From contig JBKAGP010000001.1 in assembly GCA_046290465.1 (NCBI GenBank), positions 256,001 through 320,000 on the forward strand: DNA of 64,000 nt. Direction: 5' to 3'. The stretch is from Planctomycetota bacterium. GTDB taxonomy: Bacteria > Planctomycetota > UBA1135 > UBA2386. The translations under genes and the position numbers were made by a program. The notes below the pieces were generated by a model. It worked only from the letters and a program-made list of their open reading frames with translations, was not told the origin of the DNA and ran no database searches. Position 1 is the stretch's first letter. The number at the start of each line of letters is the position of its first letter. This document shows, piece by piece, positions 51,938-61,265 of the stretch.

Positions 51938-54193
51938 GTGAAGCCGTGCTCGTTGGTGTTGTTCTCGCTGCTGGTCGGCGCCGTCTGCGCGCAGCAGGAT
52001 CCTGCGCGGCTCGATGCCGCGCGCATCACGTCCGGTGCCTTTCGGACCGAGCGCTTCGGGCCGGCACGGTGGCTCGACGGAGCACACTACGCGACCCTGG
52101 AGCAGAAGCAGGGAACTGGCGTGCTCGAGCTGGTCCGCTACCAGGCGGTGTCGGGCGAACGCGACGTCATCGTGTCGGCGGCGATGCTGTGGGTGCCCGG
52201 TGAGGGCCGCGCCCTGACCATCGAGGACTACACGTTCTCGCCGGACGGCAGCTGGCTGATGGTGTTCACCGACAGCGAACGCGTCTGGCGGCGCAACACG
52301 CGCGGCGAGTACTACGTGCTGCCGCTCGACGGCAGCAAGGCGCCGCGTCGGCTCGGCGGCCGGCAACCGAAGTCGTCGCTGATGTTCGCCAAGTTCTCAC
52401 CCGACGGCAGCAAGGTCGGCTACGTGTCGAAGCACGACCTGTTCGTCGAAGGGGTGGTCGAGGGCCAGCAGCGGCGGCTGACCGACAACGGCTCGAAGAC
52501 CGTCATCAACGGCACGTTCGACTGGGTCTACGAGGAGGAGTTCGACTGCCGCGACGGCTTCCGCTGGAGCCCGGACGGCCGGCACGTCGCCTACTGGCAG
52601 CTCGACTGCAGCGGCGTCGGCGAGTTCTACATGGTCGACAACCTGAGCGACCGCTACGCGCAGCTGGTGCCGGTGCAGTACCCGAAGGCCGGCACCACCA
52701 ACTCGTCGTGCCGCGTCGGCGTGATCCCGGCCAGCGGCGGCGAGACCGTCTGGATGCAGACGCCGGGGGAGCCGCGGGAGACCTACGTGCCGCGCATGCA
52801 GTGGCACCCGCTCGGCAAGGAGCTGATGGTGCAGTGGCTGCCGCGGCAGCAGAACCACCTGGTCGTCTACGGTTGCGACGTGCAGACCGGCAAGCTGCGC
52901 CTGGTGCACGAGGAGCGCGATGCGGCCTACGTCGACGTGCGCGAGGACTTCGCCTGGACCAAGGACGGGGCCGCGTTTTTCTGGACCAGCGACGTCGCGT
53001 TCCAGCAGCCGGGGCAGAAGGCGTGGCGGCAGGCGGGCACGGTCGCGTGGCAGAACAACGGCTTCGTCAAGAACCTGACCTGGACCGAGGGCTACGACGT
53101 GATGGCGGTCGAGCACGCCGATCTCGACGGCGGCCGGCTCCTGGTCAGCCACAGCGACGGCAACGCGACCGCGAAGTACCTGTTCGAGGACGGCTCCGGC
53201 CGCGCGCCGCGGCGGCTGACGCCGAAGGACCAGCCCGGCTGGCACGACTACCAGATCAGCAGCGACGGCTCGCTCGCGATCCACACGTTCTCGTCGTTCG
53301 ACCGGCCGCCGGTGATCGACCTGGTGCGGTTGCCTTCGCACGAACGCGTGCGGGTGCTGGTCGACAACCAGCGGCTCTCGGACCGCTACGCGAAGGTTCA
53401 GAAGGGCGACAACGGCTTCTTCCAGGTCACGACCGCCGACGGCCACACGCTCGACGGCTGGGTCATGTATCCGCCCGACTTCGACGCCGAGAAGAAGTGG
53501 CCGGTGCTGTTCCACGTCTACGGGGAGCCTTGGAGCCAGACCGTCAAGGACACGTGGTCGCTCGGCCACCACCTGTTCCATCGCTGGATGACGCAGCAGG
53601 GCTACGTGGTGATGTCGGTCGACGCGCGCGGCACGCCGGCGCCCAAGGGGCGCGACTGGCGCAAGGCGCTCTACCAGAACATCGGCGTCGTCAGCTCGCA
53701 CGACTGGAACCAGGCGGTCACGGCGCTGCTGGCGCGGCACGCCTGGATGGACCCCGAACGGCTGGCGATCTGGGGTTGGTCGGGCGGCGGCGCGATGACG
53801 CTCAACATGCTGTTCCGCTACCCCGACCTGTTCGCGGCCGGCATGTCGGTCGCGCCGGTGACGCACATCGGGCTCTACGACACGATCTACCAGGAGCGCT
53901 ACTGCGGCGATCCGCGGCAGGTGCCCGAGGTCTACGAACGCTGCTCGCCGATCAACTTCGCGCAGAACCTGAAGGGCCGGCTGCTGCTGGTGCACGGCAC
54001 CGGGGACGACAACGTGCACTTCCAGAACAGCGAACGGCTGTTCGACCGGCTGGTCGCGCACGGCAAGCTGTTCGAGTACCTGGCCTACCCCAACCGGTCG
54101 CACTCGATCCACGAACGTGCGGGCACGCGCGCGCACCTCTACGGCTCGCTGGCCGACTTCCTGCGTCGGCGGGTCGCGGCCGGCGGGCGCTGA
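51938..54193 (+). CDS. Dipeptidyl peptidase IV family (S9B) serine peptidase
   Basis: DWVYEEE, YPKAGTTN, GWSGGG nucleophile, HGTGDDNVHFQN, YPNRSH; signal peptide; TAGGAT 6 nt before GTG. Confidence 0.95.
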   Translation: MKPCSLVLFSLLVGAVCAQQDPARLDAARITSGAFRTERFGPARWLDGAHYATLEQKQGTGVLELVRYQAVSGERDVIVSAAMLWVPGEGRALTIEDYTFSPDGSWLMVFTDSERVWRRNTRGEYYVLPLDGSKAPRRLGGRQPKSSLMFAKFSPDGSKVGYVSKHDLFVEGVVEGQQRRLTDNGSKTVINGTFDWVYEEEFDCRDGFRWSPDGRHVAYWQLDCSGVGEFYMVDNLSDRYAQLVPVQYPKAGTTNSSCRVGVIPASGGETVWMQTPGEPRETYVPRMQWHPLGKELMVQWLPRQQNHLVVYGCDVQTGKLRLVHEERDAAYVDVREDFAWTKDGAAFFWTSDVAFQQPGQKAWRQAGTVAWQNNGFVKNLTWTEGYDVMAVEHADLDGGRLLVSHSDGNATAKYLFEDGSGRAPRRLTPKDQPGWHDYQISSDGSLAIHTFSSFDRPPVIDLVRLPSHERVRVLVDNQRLSDRYAKVQKGDNGFFQVTTADGHTLDGWVMYPPDFDAEKKWPVLFHVYGEPWSQTVKDTWSLGHHLFHRWMTQQGYVVMSVDARGTPAPKGRDWRKALYQNIGVVSSHDWNQAVTALLARHAWMDPERLAIWGWSGGGAMTLNMLFRYPDLFAAGMSVAPVTHIGLYDTIYQERYCGDPRQVPEVYERCSPINFAQNLKGRLLLVHGTGDDNVHFQNSERLFDRLVAHGKLFEYLAYPNRSHSIHERAGTRAHLYGSLADFLRRRVAAGGR

Positions 54194-54194
54194 C

Positions 54195-54869
54195 TCAGCG
54201 CGGCGCGCCGTCCTTGTGCGACGCGGCCTCGACGACGTTCGGCCCGGCGGCCGGCGTGCCTTCCGGCTGGTCGCGTGGCTCCGTCGCCTCCGGCACCTTG
54301 ACGTAGCCGAGCACGAAGCGACCCTTCGGGTGCGACTCGCGGAAGCGACGCAGGCCCGGGAACCAGCAGTTGAGGAACTTGAGGCCGTCGGGCAGCCGCG
54401 CGGTGCCGTCGAACGCGCCTTCGTTGGTCCAGCCTTCGTTCTGGATCCGGTGGATGGCGCACATCATCACCGAGCGGCCTTCGCCGTGCTGGCAGTGCAC
54501 CAGCACCGGCCGCGGCGCGCGGTCCATCGCCGCCAGGAACGCGGCGACCGATTCGCTGGTCGGGTGCGTCTCGGTCGGCAGGTGGATGTGGCACAGGCCC
54601 GCGTCGGCGACCGCTGCGGCGTTGGCGGCGACCTCGCCCGGGTGGTCGTCGCGCAGGTCGATGACCGTGCGGATGCCGTGGTCCCGGCAGACGTCGACGA
54701 GTTCGTCGGGGGCGAACGCCGCCGACTGGTAGACCGTGCCGGGGGTGATCGTCGCCAGCCGGCTGTCGCAGACGCACCACTTCACGTAGCAGGCGGCGGC
54801 GAGCAGCACCGGCGCGAGAACGGCCACCAGCGCGACCTTCAGGAGCCTACGGAGCCACGTGCGTCGCAT
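54195..54869 (-). CDS. Membrane-anchored Cys-based protein tyrosine/dual-specificity phosphatase-like protein
   Basis: N-terminal TM; GIRTVIDLR and P-loop VHCQHGEGRS (HCx5R). Confidence 0.85.
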   Translation of the reverse strand: MRRTWLRRLLKVALVAVLAPVLLAAACYVKWCVCDSRLATITPGTVYQSAAFAPDELVDVCRDHGIRTVIDLRDDHPGEVAANAAAVADAGLCHIHLPTETHPTSESVAAFLAAMDRAPRPVLVHCQHGEGRSVMMCAIHRIQNEGWTNEGAFDGTARLPDGLKFLNCWFPGLRRFRESHPKGRFVLGYVKVPEATEPRDQPEGTPAAGPNVVEAASHKDGAPR

Positions 54870-54927
54870 GGCCACAGCATGCCGGCCGAGGTCCGGATGG
54901 TGGGAACCGGAAATGAAGATTGTCGCC

Positions 54928-56583
54928 TCAGCGACCGACGCGGAAGCACACGAAGCCGGGCTTCAGGCCGTCGGCGGAGCGCGCCGCGAGCGCGTCGAGC
55001 CAGTCACCGCGCTCGAGCCCCTGGCGGAAGAACTTCAGCCACGCCTTGCGCGAGTAGAACGAACGGAACCCGGTGACGCGTTCGATCGCGACGCCGTGCG
55101 CCGTCGCGGCGGCCTCGATGCGGGCCGCGTCGGCGTCGAGCGCGAACACGTAGCCGTCGAAGGCGGCCAGCCGCGGGCCGAGCCCGGCGTCGTCGCCGGC
55201 CATCTGGGGCACGCTGCGGCCGAGCCGCATCGACAGCATGCCGGGCTGCGGGCGGCCGAACGTCACGACCGCGGTCGTGTCGAGGTCGTCGGGCAGGTCG
55301 TCCGGCAGCCGGTTGATGCCGAGCGACGGGTAGACGAAGCCGAGCAGCACGCTGAGCAGGATCGCGCACATCGCCGCGGTCAGCGGCACGTCGGGCCGTT
55401 GGCGCCGGGCGACGCGCCAGGTCAGCACCAGCAGCCCGAGCGCGGCGAGCGGGAACAGGTAGGCGAGCTGGAACCACGCGGCGAACAGCGAGAACACCAG
55501 CACCGGGATCCCGACCAGGCAGGTGGCGACGGTCGTGTGCAGCCGCAGCAGCCGGTCCGAGCAGGTGCTCAGCCACAGCGCGGCGAGGATCGCCATCGGG
55601 CAGACCAGCGCCAGCATGTAGCGTTCGAACGCCTTCATGAACGCGAACGGCAGCAGGCCGATCACGATCCAGCACAGCAGCCAGCGCGCCGGCGAGCCGC
55701 GGCGCAGGCGACCGCGCAGCGTGGCCCACGCGCCGCCGACGACGGCCAGCGACCACGGCACGACCAGCCCGAGCACGGCGCCGAGCAGCGCCGGGATGCG
55801 CTTGGGCTCGGGCAGGCCGAACTCGCGGTGCTCGGCCTGCGTCTGCATCACCTGCCAGAACTCCGGGTGGGCGGCCTGCACCCACAAGGGCCACGGCAGC
55901 GCCAGCGCACCGAATGCGGCTGTGGCCACCAGCCAGTGCCACAGCGGCCCGGCCGGCCGACCGCGGCGCACGCAGGCGGCGGCCAGCAGCGCCGCGGCGA
56001 AGAACCACAGCGCGACCGGCCCCTTGGTCATCGACGCCGCGGCGAGCGCCAAGGCCGCGCCGAGCGCGTGGCGCAGGCGGCCGCTGCCGAACCAGGTGAC
56101 GCTGTAGTAGATCGCGGCGGTACACAGGCAGCCGACCGGCAGGTCGAACATGGCGCGGCGCGCGTCGATCATCACGCCGGCGGCGCCGAGCACGAACACG
56201 CCGGCCAGGTAGCCGGTGCCGGCGCCGTCACGGCGGTAGCGGCGCGCCAGCTTGGCCGTGAACAGCGCCATGCCGGCGCCGAACAGCACCGTCCAGATCC
56301 GCGCCGCGAACAGGTTGCTGCCGAACGTCAGGTACGACACCCGCATCAGCCAGTAGAGCAGCGGCGGCTTCTGCAGCCGGACCTCGCCGTTGACGTACGG
56401 GGTCAGCCACTCGCCGCGTTCCTGCATCTCGAGCACGGTGCGGAACGACAGCCAGTACTCGTCCTGGCCGGTGATGCTGCACGGCGACCAGATGCTCGGC
56501 AGCAGCAGCAGCACCGCGCCCCAGAAGAACGCGAAGTCGCGGCCGCCGTAGTCTTCGCCGTCGCTTGCAGGAGAACCGGTCAC
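54928..56583 (-). CDS. ArnT/PMT-like GT-C membrane glycosyltransferase; start uncertain (56583 or 56595)
   Basis: DE..., EM..GEWLTPYVNGEVRLQKPPLLYW, TKGPV, ERYML; many TM helices. Confidence 0.9.
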   Translation of the reverse strand: MTGSPASDGEDYGGRDFAFFWGAVLLLLPSIWSPCSITGQDEYWLSFRTVLEMQERGEWLTPYVNGEVRLQKPPLLYWLMRVSYLTFGSNLFAARIWTVLFGAGMALFTAKLARRYRRDGAGTGYLAGVFVLGAAGVMIDARRAMFDLPVGCLCTAAIYYSVTWFGSGRLRHALGAALALAAASMTKGPVALWFFAAALLAAACVRRGRPAGPLWHWLVATAAFGALALPWPLWVQAAHPEFWQVMQTQAEHREFGLPEPKRIPALLGAVLGLVVPWSLAVVGGAWATLRGRLRRGSPARWLLCWIVIGLLPFAFMKAFERYMLALVCPMAILAALWLSTCSDRLLRLHTTVATCLVGIPVLVFSLFAAWFQLAYLFPLAALGLLVLTWRVARRQRPDVPLTAAMCAILLSVLLGFVYPSLGINRLPDDLPDDLDTTAVVTFGRPQPGMLSMRLGRSVPQMAGDDAGLGPRLAAFDGYVFALDADAARIEAAATAHGVAIERVTGFRSFYSRKAWLKFFRQGLERGDWLDALAARSADGLKPGFVCFRVGR

Positions 56584-56694
56584 GCCGGCAGCCAAGGTGC
56601 CGACTGCGGGGCCGAGCGCAATGGGCTTGTGCGAGGCTTTTTGTCGGCGAACGGCCGCTGCCGCCGGGGCTTCCGGTCGACATCGTCGCGCCAG

Positions 56695-56724
56695 GTTTGG
56701 TTTTCGTTCGGGTGTCGCTAGGAT
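56695..56724 (+). promoter_or_regulatory. Candidate SOS-type operator and -10 element of the mrfAB-like operon
   Basis: GTTT-N7-GTTC (56695, 56706) followed by TAGGAT (56719-56724); 14/16 identical to the dinB upstream segment 14826-14841. Confidence 0.58.
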
Positions 56725-56730
56725 GCCGGC

Positions 56731-56763
56731 ATGGGTGGTTTCTGGTGCGGGGTCCCGCGGTGA
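56731..56763 (+). CDS. Putative leaderless 10-aa uORF (MGGFWCGVPR) coupled to the helicase start
   Basis: ATG 6 nt after TAGGAT; its TGA (56761-56763) overlaps helicase GTG 56760 as GTGA. Confidence 0.42.
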   Translation: MGGFWCGVPR

Positions 56764-59078
56764 ATCTGAGCGGGCTGGTGCGTCGGCTGCGGGCCAATGC
56801 CGACGATGCTCCCGGCACGGTCGACGCGTGGCACGAGGTGCCGCCGCGGCCGGCGCGCATGGCTCCGTTGCCCGACTGGCTGCACCCGTCGCTGGTCGAC
56901 GCGATGCACGCGCGCGGCATCGTCGAGCTGTTCTCGCACCAGCGCCAGTGCGCCGACCTGCTGCACGGTGGCCGCGACGCGGTGATCGCGACCGCGACTG
57001 CGTCCGGCAAGTCGCTCGCCTACCACCTGCCGGTGCTCGACGCGCTGATCCGCGACGGCCTCGACGCGCGCGGCCTCTACCTCTACCCGACCAAGGCGCT
57101 GGCCCGCGACCAGATGGCCGACCTGGAGAAGCTGCTGGCCGCGAGCGGGCGCGAGGACCTGACGGTGGCGGTCTACGACGGCGACACGCCGCCGCCGGTG
57201 CGCCAGGCGCTGCGCGAGCACGGCACGCTGGTGCTGACCAACCCGCACATGCTCCACCAGGGCATCCTGCCGAACCACCAGAAGTGGCAGGGCCTGTTCA
57301 CCGGCCTGCGCTTCGTCGTCGTCGACGAGCTGCACACGCTGTCGGGCATCTACGGCAGCCACGTCGCCAACGTGCTGCGCCGGCTGCGGCGGATCTGCCG
57401 CCACTACGGCAGCGACCCGGTGTTCTGCGGCGCGTCGGCGACGATCAGCAACGCCGGCGAGCACGGTCGGCGGCTGTTCGAGAAGCCGGTCACCGTCGTC
57501 GACGAGGACGGCAGCCCGCGCGGCAAGAAGCACTTCCTGTTCTTGAACCCGCACGTCGTGCAGGCGACGTCGGGCATGCGCGTGCCGGCGAGCGAAGCGG
57601 CGCGGCAGCTCGGCGGCGAACTGCTCGACTCGGACCTGCAGACGATCTTCTTCGCGCGCTCGCGCAGCCAGACCGAGGTGCTGCTCAAGTACCTGCGCGA
57701 CGACGCCAGCAAGCGGCACATCGACCAGAAGCGCATCGCCGGCTACCGCGGCGGCTACCTGCCCAACCTGCGTCGCGAGATCGAGAAGGGCCTGCGCGAC
57801 GGCGTCATCCGCACGGTCGTGTCGACCAACGCGCTCGAGCTCGGCGTCGACATCGGCAGCCTCGACGTCTGCGTGCTGGTCGGCTACCCCGGCACGGTGT
57901 CGAGCACGATGCAGCGTGCCGGCCGGGTCGGCCGCCGCAGCCAGGAGAGCGCGGTGGTGGTCGTCGCCCGCAGTTCGGCGATGGACCAGTACCTGATGCA
58001 GCACCCGGGCTACCTGTTCGACGCGCCGCGCGACGCGGTGTCGATTGATCCGGACAACGCGATCATCCTGACCAACCACGTGCGCTGCGCCGCGTTCGAG
58101 CTGCCGTTCGACGAGCACGAACGGTTCGGCGAGGCCGACGAGACCCGCGACGTGCTCGAGTTCCTGACGCACGACCTGCGCGTGCTGGTGCACCAGGGCG
58201 GTCGCTACCACTACGCCGAGCGCACCTACCCCGCCGAGGGCGTTTCGCTGACGGCCGCCGACATGGACAACGTCACGATCCAGGACGTCGAGACGCGCAA
58301 GATCCTCGCCGAGATCGACCGGCCGTCGGCGATCACCGAGGTCTACGAGGGCGCCATCTACGGCCACCAGGGGGACACCTGGCTGGTCGAGCGGTTCGAC
58401 TACGACGACCGTCGCGCGTTCGTCAAGCGCGTCGACGCCGACTACTACACCGAGGCCGACGACGAGACCGAGGTCAAGGTGCTGCACGTCGACGAGCAGC
58501 AGGAGTTCGCCAACTACACCGCGCACCGCGGCGAGGTGCACGTCGCGACGCTCGCCAAGGCGTTCAAGAAGATCAAGTTCTACACCCGCGAGAACGTCGG
58601 CATCGGCGAGATCGTGCTGCCGCCCGAGGAGTTCGAGACCGAGGCGACGGCGCTGGTGCTGCGCTCCGAGCTGGTGATGAAGCTCGGCCTGCGCCGCGGC
58701 GGTGAGGCCTCGTGCCTGCAGGGCATCGGTGCGCTGCTGCAGGGGCTGGTGCCGCTGTTCGTGCGCGTCGACCCGGGCGACGTCAAGGTGCTCGCCGAGG
58801 CGCACAACCCGCACTTCGAGGCGCCGACGCTGATCCTCTACGACCGCATCCCCGACGGCGTCGGCCTCGCCGAGCGGATCTTCCGCGTGCACCGCGAGAT
58901 CCTGCAGGCGGCCACCGAACTGGTCGAGCGCTGCCGTTGCCGCAGCGGCTGCCCGTCGTGCGTCGGCCCGCAGGCGAGCCTCGGCATGCGCAGCAAGGCG
59001 GTCGCGCTGACGATCCTGCGCGGCATGCTCGACGAACGCGAACAGGTGCTGCCGCCGCACACGGAGGCCGCGTGGTAG
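56760..59078 (+). CDS. DEAD/DEAH-box helicase with C-terminal DUF1998 Zn domain (MrfA/YprA/Hrq1-like)
   Basis: TASGKS, PTKALA.DQ, YDGDT, DELH, SAT, TNALELGVDIG, QRAGRVGR and CRCRSGCPSC motifs. Confidence 0.93.
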   Translation: MNLSGLVRRLRANADDAPGTVDAWHEVPPRPARMAPLPDWLHPSLVDAMHARGIVELFSHQRQCADLLHGGRDAVIATATASGKSLAYHLPVLDALIRDGLDARGLYLYPTKALARDQMADLEKLLAASGREDLTVAVYDGDTPPPVRQALREHGTLVLTNPHMLHQGILPNHQKWQGLFTGLRFVVVDELHTLSGIYGSHVANVLRRLRRICRHYGSDPVFCGASATISNAGEHGRRLFEKPVTVVDEDGSPRGKKHFLFLNPHVVQATSGMRVPASEAARQLGGELLDSDLQTIFFARSRSQTEVLLKYLRDDASKRHIDQKRIAGYRGGYLPNLRREIEKGLRDGVIRTVVSTNALELGVDIGSLDVCVLVGYPGTVSSTMQRAGRVGRRSQESAVVVVARSSAMDQYLMQHPGYLFDAPRDAVSIDPDNAIILTNHVRCAAFELPFDEHERFGEADETRDVLEFLTHDLRVLVHQGGRYHYAERTYPAEGVSLTAADMDNVTIQDVETRKILAEIDRPSAITEVYEGAIYGHQGDTWLVERFDYDDRRAFVKRVDADYYTEADDETEVKVLHVDEQQEFANYTAHRGEVHVATLAKAFKKIKFYTRENVGIGEIVLPPEEFETEATALVLRSELVMKLGLRRGGEASCLQGIGALLQGLVPLFVRVDPGDVKVLAEAHNPHFEAPTLILYDRIPDGVGLAERIFRVHREILQAATELVERCRCRSGCPSCVGPQASLGMRSKAVALTILRGMLDEREQVLPPHTEAAW

Positions 59079-60076
59079 CGCCGTCGGGCAGCCGCGGCAC
59101 CGGCGGCGACGGCGGTGTCGGTCGCGACCGCAGCACGGGCAGCCGTTCGCGGCGCGACAAGCTGCGGCGTGCGTTCCGCGGCGAGGCCGAGCAGCGCCTG
59201 CGGGACCAGGAGCAGCGCGATCAGATCCAGCGCGACCAGGAGCAGCGCGACCAGGAGCAGCGCGACCACGAACATCGTGATCGTACCGCCGCCTCTTCGG
59301 GCATGCGGGCGTTCCTGCAGCAGCGTCGCCAGCGTCTCGCCGCCGGCCTGCCCGCGGTCGCGCCCAGGCAGCCCGTGCACCTGCCCGACGCCGAGGTCGT
59401 CGCGACCGGGCATGGCCCGCTCTGGCTGCGGCAGCTGCGCTACCCGCTCTCGCACCGGCACGGCGACATCGAACTGCTGCGCGGCACGCGCTTCGATCCG
59501 GCGCGGCTCGCCACGATGGCGAAGTCGCCGTCGTTCGCGCAGCTGCGCCCCGAGGAGTGCCTGTTCCTCGACACCGAGACCACCGGCCTCGCCGGCGGCG
59601 CCGGCACGGTCGTGTTCGCCTACGGGCTGGCCTGGTTCGAGCCCGACGCGCTGGTGTTCGAGCAGCTGTTCCTGCGCGACTTCGGCGAGGAGCCGGCGAT
59701 GCTGCACCACCTGGCGACGCGCATGGGCGAGCACCCGGTGCCGGTGACGTTCGTCGGCAAGAGCTACGACCGGCACCGCATCGCCGCGCGGCTGGCGGTG
59801 CACAAGATCACGGCGCCGGTGCTGACCGACCGCCACCTCGACCTCTACCACGTGATCCGCCGCGCGTTCGGCAAGCAGTGGCCCGACAGCCGGCTGCGCA
59901 CCGCCGAAGAACGGCTGCTGCGGCTGGTCCGCCACGACGACCTGCCGGGCAGCGAGGCGCCGGCGGCGTTCCTCGACTGGATCCGCGACGGCACCGGTCC
60001 GGTCGACCGCGTGCTCGAGCACAACCGGCTCGACGTGCTCAGCCTGGCGGCGCTACTGGGCGTCGTGACGGGATAG
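59072..60076 (+). CDS. RNase H-like DEDD exonuclease (MrfB/YprB-like); start uncertain (GTG 59072 or ATG 59303)
   Basis: FLDTETTGL, FVGKSYD, HLDLYH, R.DDLPG and HNRLDVLSL motifs; directly after the DUF1998 helicase. Confidence 0.88.
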   Translation: MVAPSGSRGTGGDGGVGRDRSTGSRSRRDKLRRAFRGEAEQRLRDQEQRDQIQRDQEQRDQEQRDHEHRDRTAASSGMRAFLQQRRQRLAAGLPAVAPRQPVHLPDAEVVATGHGPLWLRQLRYPLSHRHGDIELLRGTRFDPARLATMAKSPSFAQLRPEECLFLDTETTGLAGGAGTVVFAYGLAWFEPDALVFEQLFLRDFGEEPAMLHHLATRMGEHPVPVTFVGKSYDRHRIAARLAVHKITAPVLTDRHLDLYHVIRRAFGKQWPDSRLRTAEERLLRLVRHDDLPGSEAPAAFLDWIRDGTGPVDRVLEHNRLDVLSLAALLGVVTG

Positions 60077-60161
60077 GCGCGGTCCGTTTTGCCGTGGCTG
60101 GTCGCCGTGGCTGGTCGCCGTGGCTGGTGACGAATCCGCGCGGCGTCGTATCCTGACCGAC

Positions 60162-61265
60162 ATGAGCTGGATCCAAGCTGCGGCCGCCGCCGCCCTGCTG
60201 CCGCTGGTGCTGTGCGCCCAACAGACCCAGGATGGCTTCCCGTCGGCCGAGGCCGCCTACGAGCAGCTGAGCCAACGACTGCGCCAGCAGAACCGCGACT
60301 ACCTGGCCGCGCGCCGCCGCTTGGAGGCGGGCGAGGCCTACCTCGAGGCCCGGCGCACCGGCGACCGCCAGCAGCAGCTGCGCATCCTCAACTCGATCGA
60401 ACGGCCGGACCTGCTCGGCACCTGCCGCGAGGCGGTCGCTGCCGCCGACCGCTTCGGCGGCGACGGCGCCGTGCGCCTGCTCGGCTGGGCCGCGGTGCAG
60501 TGCCGGGACCAGCAGCTGACGCTGCAGATCGTCGACCGCATCGAGCAGCGGCACATGCAGAGCCCCGCGTTGACCGAACTGCTCGAACGCGCCGACGTGA
60601 TCGCCCGGCAGCTCGGCCGCGAACGCGGCCCGAAGTTCCTGGCGCGGGTCGTCGCCGAGTCGCCGCACGACCTGGTCAAGGCGTGGGCGCACTACTGGCA
60701 GTCGGTCGCGATCCGCCGCCACGACCGCGCCGCGTCCGACGCGCTGCGGCAGAAGGCCGCCGGCCTGGCCGACGGCCACTGGCTCGCCGACAAGATCCGC
60801 GCGCCCGAGTTCCGCAAGCAGCGGCTGCAGGTCGGCATGGTCGTGCCCGACATCGAAGGCGAGGACCTCGACGGCGAGGCGTTCCGGCTGCGCGACTTCC
60901 GCGGCAAGGTCGTGGTGCTCGATTTCTGGGGCTTCTGGTGCGGTTCGTGCCGCACCGCGCTGCCGCACCACCGCGAGCTGGTGGCGCGCCACCAGGACCG
61001 GCCGTTCGCGCTGGTCGGCGTCAACAGCGACGACGACCGCGACCACTACCGCGAGCAGGCCCGCAAGCACGGCGTCACGTGGCGTTCGTTCTGGAACGGT
61101 CCGCGCGGCACCAGCGGGCCGATCTCGAGCCGCTGGGGCGTGACCGGATGGCCCGAGACCTACGTGCTCGACCACAAGGGCGTGATCCGCTTCCGGGGCC
61201 GCAAGGGCGCGCGCCTCGACGCCGCGGTCGAGCAGCTGCTCGCGGAGCTGGAGGCGGGCAAGTAG
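60162..61265 (+). CDS. Secreted TlpA/ResA-like thioredoxin-fold protein with N-terminal helical domain
   Basis: Signal peptide; PDIEGEDLDG, GKVVVLDFWGFWCGSC, WP.TYVLD..GVIR. Confidence 0.88.
   Translation: MSWIQAAAAAALLPLVLCAQQTQDGFPSAEAAYEQLSQRLRQQNRDYLAARRRLEAGEAYLEARRTGDRQQQLRILNSIERPDLLGTCREAVAAADRFGGDGAVRLLGWAAVQCRDQQLTLQIVDRIEQRHMQSPALTELLERADVIARQLGRERGPKFLARVVAESPHDLVKAWAHYWQSVAIRRHDRAASDALRQKAAGLADGHWLADKIRAPEFRKQRLQVGMVVPDIEGEDLDGEAFRLRDFRGKVVVLDFWGFWCGSCRTALPHHRELVARHQDRPFALVGVNSDDDRDHYREQARKHGVTWRSFWNGPRGTSGPISSRWGVTGWPETYVLDHKGVIRFRGRKGARLDAAVEQLLAELEAGK

Noticed and set aside
56760..60076. DISARM (DrmAB) or Druantia-type anti-phage system based on the DUF1998 helicase
   Set aside because: No methylase, PLD nuclease or SNF2 partner is present. 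The fused helicase-DUF1998 plus DEDD exonuclease matches the MrfAB repair arrangement.
60930..60951. Selenocysteine in the TlpA-like active site
   Set aside because: Both cysteines of WCGSC are TGC codons, and there is no in-frame TGA.
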